Shown piece by piece: positions 50,312 to 64,000 of a stretch of 64,000 nt of DNA. How positions within the stretch are numbered: the stretch's first letter is position 1; the number at the start of each line of letters is the position of its first letter. Below the pieces are notes generated by a model. The model made no database searches and was not told the DNA's origin. It worked only from the letters and a program-made list of their open reading frames with translations. This stretch comes from Cenococcum geophilum (Eukaryota), in the NCBI GenBank assembly GCA_050273025.1, contig CP158635.1, positions 14,136,001 through 14,200,000 of the forward strand, in the 5' to 3' direction. The translations under genes were made by a program, and so were the position numbers.

Positions 50312-53300
50312 TATTATAAGAGGCTAGTTTAACTAAAACATATAATTATCTAATTAATAGTATAGAATAAGAGTTACAGGTAAGTAGAAGATAAGTTAAG
50401 GTAGAACAATCTTTACGTATAAAGGACAAATGCTTTCTAACCTCTTCTATTTAGAGACTAATCGCTAGTTCTTCTCTATAGAAGAACTAGCTCCCTATAT
50501 AATCCTTCTAAAACGTTAGTAAAACTCTTTACCCCTTATCTGTCTAACCGTATCTCCTAGGACGTAGATAGAATATAGATGGGATATAGATAAAACCTCC
50601 TACTATCTTATCTAATATGTACCTTCCAGGGGATTCCGTTATAATTGCCTTCCCTTTAAGGGTCTTAGTCCTCTAAGACTTCGTCTCTACTAAGCTTTTT
50701 ATAGAGTTCCGGCTAAAACCACTAAGGAAGATTTTTAGTGGAAAGGTACTCTATAATGCGGCTTATAGCTAATTCTTTACTAGCGTAGAACCTTACTTTA
50801 TCTTCAGTTCCTCCGCTCTTCTTTTACTATAGCTCTTTATAATACCTTTATAATAAGACTAAAACAACAATAATAATAATAAAAATTAGATAAGATTTAC
50901 CTTTCTTATTATAAGAGTTTATTATAAGTTAATTTAGAGGTTGTTCTATGCAACGCATCTATAAGCTACTATCCCTATTTACCTAAAATAGGTTCTAATA
51001 ATAACGTCTTAATTTTAATTTTCTTCTAGTTTATAAGCTGTCGCCTTTTACGCGTCTTTTTATTAATAACACCATTTATCTTATCTTTTAGTAGACTGTT
51101 TTTACTATATTTTAGCTTTTAGCTTCTGTATCTCTAGCTATTTTTTTTATAACTGCTTTGTTCTCTTCTTATAATACGTTTATAAGTAATAGGATCCCTA
51201 TTTTATCTCTATTAATAATACTAACTTCCCGTGGTATTCTCTTACAATAGCTTATAGTTATACTGCACGTCCCTAAACTAGTAGCAGTATTATTTTAGTG
51301 CTACCCCAGATTACCTCTATTACTCTTACGGTAATCTCTCTAAAGTGCTGCCGTTATTGCGTTTATGCGCTTACGCTAAACCTATCCCACGCCTATAAAA
51401 TGCCTTATTTCGGCAAAAATAAATCTAAGTATTCTTATTGCCGTAGTAGGAAAAAGACCTACGTTCTAATAATTTTTATTCTATTCTATTTTAATTTTAC
51501 CAACTATATTAGATCCCCGCTATCTATATATATAAGACTTATAAGCTTTAGCGCGCTATCTAGGATTTCCACTTTTATTTAAATAGTAATAAATAGGGAT
51601 AGAAGGTATCTACCCTTACTTATAGGCTCTTTAATTTAATAAGGGTTTTTACTACTATAGAGACGCAGTAATCTTAAATATATAGTGTCTAAGAGCGCAT
51701 ATACGAGCAACTTACCCTTATAAATAATAATATTCGCACTCTTACGCGGGCCTTTTTAGCTAGGTAAGTTTCTCTAGTAATATAGTTAGGAACTATACTA
51801 AATTTCTTAGCTAACGGCTTTCGGATCCCTACTTAGATATTAATTTAGAGCTTAGGGATACTAAGGATAGTAATAAAAGTTAAGATAAACGTTTTCCTCG
51901 CTAGTTTTTTGCCTATGCTAGTCCTTCTAGTTCCCGTCGCTTTAAAAAGAATATTAGTAAAAGTGCTAATATTTCTAGGGATAGGAGTGCTAATAATACC
52001 GCTAATAATAACGTTAAGATAGAAGAGGAGGCTCCTATTACTGCTGCTAGTATTTAAGTTATTATTTAGTTCTTTCCTTTTTCTTATATAATAGCTTTAT
52101 ATAGTACTTCTTAGGTGCCTCTAGGATGCCCTATTATTAGGAATTAACTTTATACTTTAGGGATGCCTTTATTTTAAGCTTTGGTGACAATTTATATAAA
52201 GGCAGTGCATTATTATAATCTCTATATATAATAAACGGGTAGTATTCCTATAGGTGCTTTATAATTTCTTAAAATTTTTAATTCTTTATAGGTTGTCTTT
52301 TTGCTCCTCTTTATACTATTAACTCTACTATATATCTCCGGTGCTAGACCAGATACTCTCCTTTTATCCCTAGGGGATCCCTCTAAACCCCTAAGACCTC
52401 TTCTTATAGTGCTACTACTTATTCTTAAATAGCGTTTTCTTTAAATACTATCCCTAGTAGTTCTCCTATAGATCTCTATAGGCTTCCCCCTATAGGGTTT
52501 TAGGATCCCTATTATAATAATAAAACATTTTCTGTTTTTAATGCCTATGCTTAACCTTATAGTTTTAATTTACGAGGTCTTCCTTATTGTTTTATCTATA
52601 GTATATTTAGAACTGTTACTAAATCTTTTCCTTTAGTCCTTAGGAAGGTTTTAATTGCTATATTATATCCTAGTTAAAGGTGCTTTTTAGGTTCCTAACT
52701 ATTATATACCTAGAAGTATTCTTCCTAACGGATTAAGAATTCGCGATTTTTTTAGCGCTATCTTTAGTCTAGAATATCTTCTACATTCCATTTTAGTTCC
52801 CCATTAATTTTATTAGGTAATAGTGGTTTTTTTACCGTTTCTTCTCTAGTATAGCTTTAGTAAGGAAATATAAAATATAGGATATATTAAATATAATTTC
52901 AGCAATTCCAATTTATAGGCTTAATTTCTTTTAGTTTTCCTGACTATTTTAAAGGGTCTGAGTTACTAGTAATCTAGCTTCTTCTTAATACGTTTTATTT
53001 GGATATTTTTTATAAATAGTAAGACTTCGTTTCCTATCTTAAATTCTTTTAGTATATATTTTTTTTATTATAGTACCTTTTTTATACGGCTTGGGCGTCT
53101 AGTAAGTGCTTTTTAAGTTCTTCTCTACAAATTCTTATTTGCTTAATTCTCTTAGACGCTACTAGTGCCTCCCTTTTAGGAACGATATCCTTAACGTTCT
53201 AGGGGTTATTTACTTTTACCCTAAATAATGCTTATATTATATACGTATTATGCTAAAGCTAACTATAATGTCTAATTATCCTATTAATAATTAATATAGC

Positions 53301-55497
53301 AGCGGAGGTAGTGTTTTAATAACGTATTTAAACGCTCTGTTAGCCTATTTATTTACAGGTAAAAGGCGGTGCTTATTCTTTGCTATATTTTTAATAAGAG
53401 ATAAAATAAAGACTAGAATATACTGTTAAATATAGTACCTCTATTAGATATAATTCCCCTTAATATACTAAACAAGAGTTACCGTTTTAAAAATAGGTCT
53501 ACTAGTTCTATTACTATAATTATTATTATAATAGCAAAGTACCCTAAGAACTTTATATATCTGTTAATGATTACTAAAATAGTGTTGGTAACCTCTCTAG
53601 TTCTTATTTTAGTAGGGGGTAAGCCTATTATAAAATCTATTATTAATTCTAATATAGGTCCTTATGGAATAGGAAGCACTAATAACTCGCTATATAGGCG
53701 ATATCTAAATATCTATACCCTTTGGCACGTATTATATCTTAATATATAGTCCTTAACCTCTTCAGATATTCTATTCTAAAAGTATTTCCTTTAAACGGCC
53801 TTAAGGGTTCTATTAGTACCGTAGTAACCCCTAAAGGAGTTGTTATAAAAGACCTTTAAAATTTTATCTTAAACCATTTAGTCCTTTAGGATATATATAG
53901 CACCCTTAAAGCGTAGTAATAAACCCTTTTAGTTTTACTACTATAGCTTTTTAGTAATTCCGGCTAAGTTAGTCTCTACTATATCTTTCTACCTCTTCCT
54001 AAAAACGAAGGCGTCCCTCTATTATACTTAAAGAAGAATATCTAAAAAGGTTTTATATAAATCGCTTACTTCTATTTTATATACTACTATTATAAATATA
54101 AGGCGTAGCACAAGACGTTTTAAACCGTTAGTGCTAGTAGATTCTTCTACTATTATATAGTATGCTATACTGCGGATAGGCATTTCGCCTATTTCTTTTG
54201 GATCCGGATACTTATAGCTAATGCGCTATTAAGTTAAAGGTGCCGCGATACCCCTAGTATATCCCGTAGAATTCTCGCTAATTCTAAGGTATGCTAACTT
54301 TATAATATCTACCTAGCCTATAACCTAGTCTATAACTATATCCTACAGCTTTATAATTATGGCGCTTTATAGCTATATCGCTAGGACCTTTACCCTACTA
54401 CGAAATTTTATAGTTCTAGGGAAAGAGTCTTCTTTCTTTTTAGGCAAATTTTGCAATATAGGGATTATTTCCCCTATACTGTCCTAGATCCTTCCTATCT
54501 TATAATTTAGACGTCTTAATAACCTATTAGCGGGATTTATCTTTCCTAGGCGGTACGTAATTTTAAAGTCATACTATAATAGTACCTCTACCTATCTAGC
54601 TTATTAACCGCTTAATACCTTTATAGTTATAAAGTATTTTAGGTTATTATAGTCTATAAGGACTTTAATAGGGTAATTGCTTTCTATATAATAATGTCGC
54701 TAGTGCTTTATTACTATAACTATTATAAGTAGCTTCTAGTTATATATTATATAACGCTATTTTATAGGGGTTATTTTCCTTAACTAAAACGCTATAGAAT
54801 ACCATTCTCCGTCTTTTAATTAGGATATAATTACCCCTAGGGCGAAGCTAAATATATATGTTTTAAGGTATATATATAGCTCCTAGTAAAAGTATATTAA
54901 GATAGGCGCTAATATAAACAAATCCTTTAACTAGTCTATAGCCTATTTAGTAGCTTCCCTAAATATAAAGGGTCCTAACTTCTTACCATTCTTAGATTCT
55001 TTTAGTAGATTAGTAATTAGGAGTATTACTTATAAATAATAAATATTTAGTAGAAGTACGCCGTGCCTAAAAAAAACTGCACTTCTTTAAATATTATAGG
55101 GTAGGGCTATTCCCTAATAGCGTCTACCCGACTTTTCTCTATTAACACTTTATTAACGCTAATAATAAAGCCTAAAAAATTAATGCTAGTAGCATAGAAT
55201 ATATACTTTTTTAGGTTTATATAGAGCTTATATTCCTATAGTCTTTCTAATACTATTTATACGTAGTACATATATACTTCGTAGTTATTAAAGTAAACTA
55301 TAATGTTATTAAGGTAGACTATATATATTGTGTCCAATAGGCCCAATAATGCCTTATTAATATAGGCCTAAAATATCACTAGTGCGTTAGTAAGCCCAAA
55401 TGGCATTACTAGGTACTTAAAGTGGCTGTACTATATTTAGAACGCCGTTTTCCACTTATCGCTAGCTTTAATCTAAATTTAATAGTATATATCTTTT
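50312..55497 (-). mobile_element. Gypsy C: 3' half of a RIPed chromoviral Ty3/Gypsy
   Basis: Putative LTR 50312-50844 (TATTATAAGAG...CTCTTTATAATA), chromodomain relic ~52680-52800, integrase ~53100-53850, RNase H, and RT (MPFGLTNA, VYLNNI) up to 55497. The LTR call is tentative. Confidence 0.75.
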
Positions 55498-58400
55498 TGT
55501 TATAGAACACCCCCGTAACACCTTACATACGTCTACCTATTTTCACCGACTTAGCAATTAGAGACTAACCGCGAAATAGCAATCTAACGGCAATCTAATG
55601 GTAATCTAACGGTAATCTACGGCATTCTGCTATATTTTACTAAGTTTTACCAAATTCTGCTAAGTTCTACTAGGACTATAACCTGAACCCTATTCTGCCT
55701 ATATACGTATTAACTAAGCAACTAAGTTAACAATATATGCCCTTTCTTCCCGTTTTCCTACCTTCTTCTCTTATATAACGTCTTAACTTCCTTATATAGT
55801 CTATATATATAGCTTAATAATATCTACCTTACTATATATTATTGTCGCTTATACTTACTCCGTAACACTACGTTATATAACTACCTATACTACTATTAAC
55901 ATACAGAGTGAACCTAAAGCCCCTATAACGGCCGCTAGTATTATATCCGCACTCTAAAAACAATTAGTAGGGATATAGAAGTCTTTTATAGACGCCCTTA
56001 AATAGAACTAAGCTACTTTAAATTAATAATAAGCCAAACAAGAAGCATAATACTAGTAATTAATTAAGAACCTCTAAGAAGAAGTCCGCGCCCTTAAGAT
56101 GCCTACGCTAGGACCTTAAGACTAAACGCTATCTCTAGAGATAAATACGCGGAACGCAAGCCCTAAACCTGTAGTAGCTACTTACCCTAAGTTAACTACT
56201 ATACTAAAACAATCTAAACAACTACTAGATCCCCTAATATTTACTAGTAAATAATAAAAGCTCCAATTATTTTTAAGCCAGCTTAAAAATAAGCTAATTA
56301 GTAACGCTAACTATTACCTAACTAAAGCTAACTAACTCTGTTACGCCCTAAGTTAACTAGAAGGAGATATAGCTAACCTTATTAAACCGCTTTAGCCAAA
56401 CTTAGTATAAAGCCTAATTATACTTCTTAAAGCTATATATAGTAACCTAAACCGCTAAGCTACTGCTTAAAGAAAGATAAACTATATAACTTAAGAAATA
56501 AAAAGTTTCCTAATATACTTCTCCAAATTTAACTATTATATAAAGAAAATAGGCTAGAACAACTCCGCACTAATTAATAGCCTTATTAAATCCTTAAGCC
56601 CTAAACTAAAAACCTCCCTAATAGGCGTAGACCTACTAGGAGCCCTTAATGCCTATATAAACGTTATTAATAAACAATATAATAATATACTACGCCTAAC
56701 ACTAAAGCCCGCTCCTTAATATAATACGGTAACCCCGTAAATATTTACTAAGTTATTATTTCAGCCTAAGCACCTTAACGCTATGGATATTAACACTAGG
56801 ACCCTAGGGTACGCCCTACTAGGGTCCTCTAAATAAGAATAACGCATTAAGCTAGGCCTCTACTTTAAATATAAAAGTAGCTCTTACCTCTCTAACTACT
56901 ACTCTATCCCTATACCTAAATATAAATTATAAACGGCTAATACTAGTAGCCGTTTACCGTATTAATCTTCTAGTTACCGTCCCTAATCTTTACCTAGTTC
57001 TAGCCCTATATCTAGTAAGCACTATTTATAAGAACAAAGCTACAGCTAACGTCCTATAAGAACCCTACCCTAATTACCTCTAAAAGGAAGGTCCTAGAGC
57101 TAAGTCGCTCTCTAAAACGGCTCTACTATAGGATCTTGTTAAATATATTTAACGTTATAAACTCTAACTCTTAGGACCGTAGTATAACTATTAACTACTG
57201 TGTTTAGTAGAATAGTTAATAGGCTAATACTTAAATCCTAATTAACATAGGAGCTAGCGGTATAGGATTTATTAATAAGATCTTTATATAAGATAATAGT
57301 TTTTATTAGACTTACAAGGGGATATTACGTAGCTACGGTTCGTAGATAGTATGATAATTATTATTCTTATTATTTAATTCTTAAAGAAAGGGGTAAGGAA
57401 CTTAAGGTTCCTTACTACGCTAGTGCCGCGGCAGCACGTGACGGCAACTTGCCGCTCGTAACGGCAACTTACCACATATGGTGGTAATATGCCTTATATA
57501 GTAACTACTTGCCTTTATTCCCAACACTAGCAACTCTTCTTTTATAGTTGCTATCTATATATATATACCGCTTGACTAGCGTAACAAATATTAATTCTCC
57601 TTACTTACTATTGCCATTATAATATAAGTCTCGCTATCCCAAAATTTGCCTCTTAGCACGTAGTGCTTTCTTACTTAGGAGTCGCAGGTAGATATTATAT
57701 TCGAAGGGCCGCTAAGGCGCTAGTAGTAAGCGAGCCAATAGCGATTTTCCATCCCGGGGATGGAAAATCCTAATTAGCTAGTTTAAGTCAGGGTCTGCAG
57801 AATCTAACTAATTAAACAACTTTAACCGCCGGTTAAAGTTCCTAAATATCTTAAGACCTTATATAACTAAGAAATTTCTAGGGACTCCCTTTTAACCCAA
57901 CCTTTAACTTATATACGTAGAGTATTTATATTAACAAACGTCTCTAGTGCCTTATTTAGGTTCGCCTTCGTTATCACATCTACTAAGTTATCTTAGCCAT
58001 TAATCCATTAAATCTTAAAGAGTTTTTAACGCTTGTAGGATTGCTAAAGTGCTATAATATCAATTATAAGGCGCTTCTCTTTCGTAGTACTAAGCTTAAC
58101 TAAATATTTATAGAGGGAATATAAGTCGGTGTACATAATTATAGGGATAATAAAAAGTTTGAGTTAATCTATAATTATCTTTAGGGTAGTTCTAATTGCA
58201 ATTGCTATATTAACTCCGCTAACTATTCTATATATCTCTAACGCCAAAACACTTTAGGTAACGCGCTTACTCTTAGTTAAGCTCTAATAAATAAGATTGC
58301 CATAGATTATAAAGTTATTCTCTTCAGTAAATTTATTCGTAATAATAATCTTATATCCCAACTAGGAGCTAAAATCTTTATTATTTGTAAACGATCTATT

Positions 58401-61400
58401 AACAAATATAAAGAGCTTAGTAGTAGGAAGATTAATAGGTATATAGAGTAGTCCCCAATCGAGATAGTTTATTTGCTAAAAAAAAACGCTTATTTAGGGT
58501 AAGGACATTATCCTTAATTAGTTTCTAGTATTAAGCCGTAATAAAGAGATTAAATAAAGCCTTAGGTTAATAGATAGAAGCAATATAAGCTCCGCGAGCA
58601 CGTTACTCTATATATCCTTACTTCGGAGAATTAACGTTAATAATGTTAATCTTCTTACCTTAACCCTTCTGGCGCAAAGCAATGGAATCCTTATTTAGGG
58701 AGAGGATGCATCCATTAAAGAGTAATGGTGTTATTAAGTTAAGCTTTTCCTTTGGCTTTGCTATAAGATTTACCTTTACTAGCTTATCCTCTTTAAGAGC
58801 TAAGAATTGGTCGTCTCCTAAGATAATTGTATTATTAGTTTATATACCAATAATTCTAAATAGGGTTCCTATAGTTATAATAAGAAAGCAGGGATTAAAT
58901 GTAGAAGTAGTTATTAAAAGCTTCTCTTTATAGTGCTTGCTATAGGTAGCCTACTAGTAAATTCCTACCTCTACGATTCTATATAATGGCTTAAGCATAA
59001 CTATAATCGTGTCTTTAGGATACTGGTGGCAAATTTGCTCCAGAAGGTATACCAATATTAAGCGCTAAAGGTGCGTCTCTAATTAGGTGTAGGCTTAAGT
59101 AATATCTTATAAATAAACTACTATTCTATTCTTTATTAAGGAGGGAGCTAATATAACAATAACTTACTAACTAGCTCATTAAATTGTAGAAGATTATATA
59201 AGAATTATCTCTTTGCTATTATTATTGTAACCTTAAATAATAAGCCTTAATTTCTTAAATAGGGCGTTAGTAGCTTTGCCCTTAATCTTATTAACTATTC
59301 TTAACTTAAAGATGCGAACTCCATTAAACTTAGTAGGGTTATATTTCTTAAATTTAAAGACTCCTCTTACAATAAGACCGTCGATCTCCTGCTTATCAAA
59401 TGCTTAGAAAGGAGCTCCTAGGGTTATAATACGACCTTCCTTTTAGAGCTGTTTTGCGAGCTTAAAGTTAGCCTTCTCTTTAGCTGTCATAAAGGCCATT
59501 AATAACTTGACTTTATTCTTAATAGCGGCAATAAATTGTTCTTTAAAATTAATAAGGTATTAGCGATTTTGTAATTCCTTCAGGCGACCTCTACTACGTT
59601 ATAGTTATAGCGTATCTACTATAATTATATTAGGATTATAGTCGCCTTTTAGAGCATATTAATCGTGGTTCTCTTTTAGGGCATCTTTTAGGGCATCCTA
59701 TAAAGGCTCGGAATTATTATCTTTATAGTAAGGCTTAATAATAGTTAAATGGAATTAGGTAGGTCTATAAGGCATCTAAATAGTATAAGTTTAACCATTA
59801 ATTATAATAAGTTAATGTAGGCCTAACTATCCTCCCCTTTTACGCTATACGCGTACTTTAGACTGGAGTGGCAGATTAAGCGTAGTTAAGGTATTTAGGC
59901 TATTTCTTATTCCTAGTGCGTTATTAACCTGGCGTATAGTATAGAGGCATCGCACCTCCTTTATTGTTTTGCGAATTACCTTAGCTTATTATATAATAGA
60001 GGGAGATAGTAGAGAATTATTAGTTATTTATGGGTAGGTACTAAAGACTAGTAATATAGGTATAAGTCTATCTAGGCTAGCGGAATTATTAATAGCTTTA
60101 ATAGCCATTTACAAGGTAAGTTCTTCGCTAGCGTCCTTTAGTTCTAAAGAGATAATTTTATATACGCGGCGTAATGGCGTATAATATTGCTCCACTTTTT
60201 TAATACTATTATATGCCTTAATAGGGACTTCCTTAACCTTAATTGCCATTGCCTTTATTTATTATCGGAACTCTATAAATAAGAAGTTCTTTCCTACGTT
60301 ATAGACGATTTAATTAGGGGGTCCTAGGTAGATATTAATCTAGTATAACTAAAGGGTATCCTATGCGTTCCTAGCTAATATATCCTTTAAAAATCGTGCG
60401 GCTTAGAAGGAGGTTAAGAAGTCAATAACTTAGAGTACTGGCTTGCCGCTAAGATATATAACGTCGACAATAATACAGAAGTTAAAGTCGTAGTTATCTT
60501 TAAGGGTAAACTTAAATCGGCTAGGGGACTTCTAGTTTATTTAGTAGTAATAACAGTACTTTATAAGATACTTAATTGCCTTAACCTTAACTTTATAGCC
60601 TACTTATTAAAGAACCCTAAGTAATTAATAAACGGATAGGTAGCTAAAACAATGGTATAGTTAGCGTAATTCTAACTTAGTTAAGTAGCTCTAAGTAACA
60701 CTCTTTTCTAGTTAATAAAGGAGCAACTAGGAGTAACTCTACTTGCGTATAATAGGTACCCAATTATCTCCCTAAATAAGTATATTCTTAAGGTTGTTAA
60801 GCCTAATACCTAACTTATCTATATCTTTAATGCAAAATAGAAACGGAGTATTTATAGAAATAATGTAAAAACTAATATACCCTAAGGGGGTTTAAACCCT
60901 AATTATGCCGAGAAAGATCGTAGTACTTTTGCTAAAACAAATTGTATATTGGCCTACCGTTAAATAGTTAATCTAAATAGAGTTATTAAGCTGCTAAAGG
61001 GCTTAAACTTAAGGTTCTCCTACTGTAAATACTCCTGCGGCTCTAGTATCTGGCATAATATTATAAAAAACATTTGCCAAGTATTTATCGTTAAAGGAGA
61101 ACGCAGAGCTCTCCTTTGGCTTATTAAAGATATCTAACTTTATAATAGAATGGAGCGTAAATTAGTTATTAAAAACAGCAATAGTTTATATACTATTTAC
61201 CTTACCATACTCAGTAAAGTATTAGTTAGGTAAGTAGTCCTTAATTTCTATATCCATAAGGAGCCATTCGGTCTTATTAACCTTACCCTTAAGGTCTTTT
61301 ACACCTTTATATTAAACTAGGAAGCTTTAAAAGTAGGCCATAGTAATCTTGTAATTTCTAACGTTTCTTATACTTTAACGGAACTTATTATATACCTCTT

Positions 61401-63505
61401 TTTACTCATTAAGGGAGTGTCTAGTTAACTAGTAATTTGGCTTCTTATAAACATAGCATTTCTTTTAGCAATTACTTTAAAATAAACCTCCACAAGGACC
61501 TCTATAATTACCTTATAGTTAACGTTAATCGTACCCTCTTCCGTATTCCCTACCGCGGCCACTATATATTTAATTAGTCTAGTTATAATTATATTAGTCG
61601 GGAATACTTAATTAGGTAGGGTTTTTAGTATAGAACTGTTAAGATTCTTATATTTATATTACAGTACCTATAGCAGAGCATAGCTTAGTATATACTCCTT
61701 TAAACGTATCTATAGGTTTATATAGCGCTAAGTTGCACTTAGAAACGCTATAGCATACTAAGATAACCTAGTCCCTTAAGCTGTTCTTATTTTAGTAAGT
61801 TTTAGTAAGGCTATATTAGATTTTTTAGAGTTTATTAAAGAGTAGTTAAAGGCACTCTAAATAAGTCTTTATTAGGTTAGAAGCAATAACTCTCTAGAAT
61901 ATAGTCTCTCGCCATTTAGATATATAAAGTTAGCGATTCTCGTTAGTCTTAAAGTAGGATTTAGTAAGCTAAAGCATTATATTAAAGCTATAGTTTTTAC
62001 CCGTAATATAGTTATAATAGAATATTGCTACCCGTCCCTTTAATATAATAGAGAAAACATAGTGGTACTAGTGGCATTAAATTTTAACCTTATTATAATA
62101 GTTATAGAAGACCTATAGTTTTGCTCTAAGTATATCATATAGTTCTCCTCTAAACTTCTTCTCTTCGTCTAAATATACCTTTATTAAATTCGTGACTTCT
62201 TATAATAGAGGCTTACCGGTTAGCTAAAGTAGAGGAGCTAGAGGTGGCGGAGGTAGAGGATAAGTACCTTTAGGTAGGAGAGTATCTTTAGGTAGAAGAG
62301 TAGCGTTCTAGGGGTTTTATTCCGAATTAAAGTTACCTTTTAAAAAATATAGGTTGGTTCTAGGTTTCTATAGTTAACGTATAATCTTAGCTTCCGTCTA
62401 TACTAGTTCTTCTATACTAGTAATAACGGCCTAAATATTACTAGTAATTAGGTTACCGTTCTTAGTAACGTATACACCGTTTCTATAGAGGAAGTCTTAA
62501 AAATCCTAAACAATATTAATATTGCTAAGTACCTAGGTGTTAGCGGTCTATCCTACGAAATCTTCCCTAAAATATTCCTATAGCTATATATCGGCGTAGT
62601 ATCTACTTTAGTAGAATATAATATGGTGTAGGAGAAAGCTATTAACTTATTTTACGGTATAAGTTATTATATTAAAGGTAAATTCGTTCTAATTTTTATT
62701 AATAAGTTTCGCGTATAAAGCTACCCCTAGTAGTAAGGAGTTTTCCCAGTCGTTTAAAGTAGGCGTAGCTATGTTTTTAGAGGGAGGGGAGTGTTATTAG
62801 CGTAGGGATTGTCGTTTAGTACGCGTTCGTGATATATATTTGTCGTTTAGTACGCGTTTATAACGTATATTTGCGATTATAGGGCTTAGGACTAGTTCTA
62901 GCCTTAAATTACAAAGACTTATAAAGCGTATTGTTCTGCGTAATAAACGTAAGAATCTATAATTTTAAAAAGGCTTAGGACTAGTTCTAGCCTTTAGATC
63001 CTTAGATTTATAGAAGAGTTCTATTTAAGGTTTAGGACCAGTTCTAACCTTAAAAGACAGCTTCCTTTAGTACAAGTAGCACTAGTATAGTGGCTTGTCT
63101 CTTCTTGGTGAAATACCTAGCTATTCTATAGTATAATAGTAAAGTTAACCACTAATTAGTGTTGGACTTATAAGGGGATATTACGTAGCTACGGTTTGTA
63201 GATAGTATAATAACTATTATTCTTGTTATTTAATTCTTAAAGAAAGGGGTAAGGAACTTAAGGTTCCTTACCACGCTAGTGCCGCGGCGGCACGTGACGG
63301 CAACTTGCCGCTCGTAATGGCAACTTGTTATACGTGGTGGCAATATGCCTTATATAGTGACCACTTGCCTTTATTCCTAACAGTTTTACCCTAACCCCCC
63401 TTAACCGGCATATTAACGTATTTAAATTTAATGGCAAATGCACTATCTTAGGCTATATTACCTATGTAGTATTCCTAAAACTCTAATATCTAAACTATAA
63501 AGAAT
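55498..63505 (+). mobile_element. Gypsy D: 5' LTR, gag and protease, interrupted by a Copia and a LINE
   Basis: LTR TGTT...TAACA at 55498-55867. Gag relic (LLDPLIFT...LFLSQLKNKL) with a RIPed Zn knuckle near 56860. Protease LINIGASG at ~57240 resumes at 63388. Confidence 0.75.
57304..63382 (-). mobile_element. Complete RIPed Ty1/Copia retrotransposon
   Basis: 223-bp LTRs at 57304-57526 and 63160-63382; TSD GTTTT (57299-57303 and 63383-63387). On the minus strand the order is gag, PR (IMPDTRAA), IN, RT, RNase H (TTKEKRLIID), which is the Copia order. Confidence 0.92.
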
Positions 63506-64000
63506 TAATAATAATTCATTGCTTAACGTCCGATTTAGATCCCTATTAGGCCTACGTAGACTACTCCTTATTTATATATAGGGAGAAAACTCAACTTAAA
63601 AAAGACTTAACTTAAGAAAACCCCGTAATCCATCTCCCTGCCTCTTAGGACTCGCCTATAAGGCGCCTATAAGGCGCCTATAAGTCACCTATAGTGCTCC
63701 TACTACCTTACTTTTTAACCTCCTTAGGAACCACTACTGCCGTAACTAGCCTACGGACGCGCTAGTATTGTATACTTTACTCTACTACTATAAAGTCATT
63801 AAGGGGCGCCCGTTACTCACCCCCCTACCCTCTATTATTATTTCCTTTATAATCTAGAACTAGTTTAGTATATTTTAGCTAATAAGCCACTAGGTAACCG
63901 CCTTAAGGCCTTTTTATATTAAGAGTAGTGTTTTATAGTTCTCTATACCAGCTACTAAAAGTATTACTTTTTAGTTAGTACGTAAGGGGCATAACAGTAT
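63506..64000 (-). mobile_element. 3' end of another Tad-like LINE copy, running off the window
   Basis: Reverse complement of about 49046-49535. Confidence 0.92.

Overview
Filamentous ascomycete (Pezizomycotina) genomic DNA: short GT-AG introns with CTRAC-type branch sites and heavy RIP-like C>T/G>A erosion of repeats. There are three zones. (1) 1-5422: a RIP-degraded PIF/Harbinger transposon with tandem arrays, carrying a LINE fragment, a MITE and a solo LTR. (2) About 5430-23860: a gene island with a 6-exon AAA+ ATPase interrupted by one in-frame TAG at a conserved Trp, a 3-exon ALG5, a 5-exon C2H2 + Est1/Ebs1-like + PIN gene, and two MITEs. (3) About 23860-64000: a 40-kb AT-rich nest of RIPed Ty3/Gypsy, Copia and Tad-like LINE elements. 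The most notable observations are: the AAA ATPase TAG, which may be a RIP hit or a site restored by A-to-I editing; a 2.4-kb chimeric retroelement that borrows the LINE 3' end and shares a breakpoint with an internally deleted LINE; an ORF1-only polyadenylated retroelement; antisense Cys6-type accessory genes in two Gypsy elements; and cis-motifs shared between unrelated retroelements. All calls were made by eye and no database searches were run.
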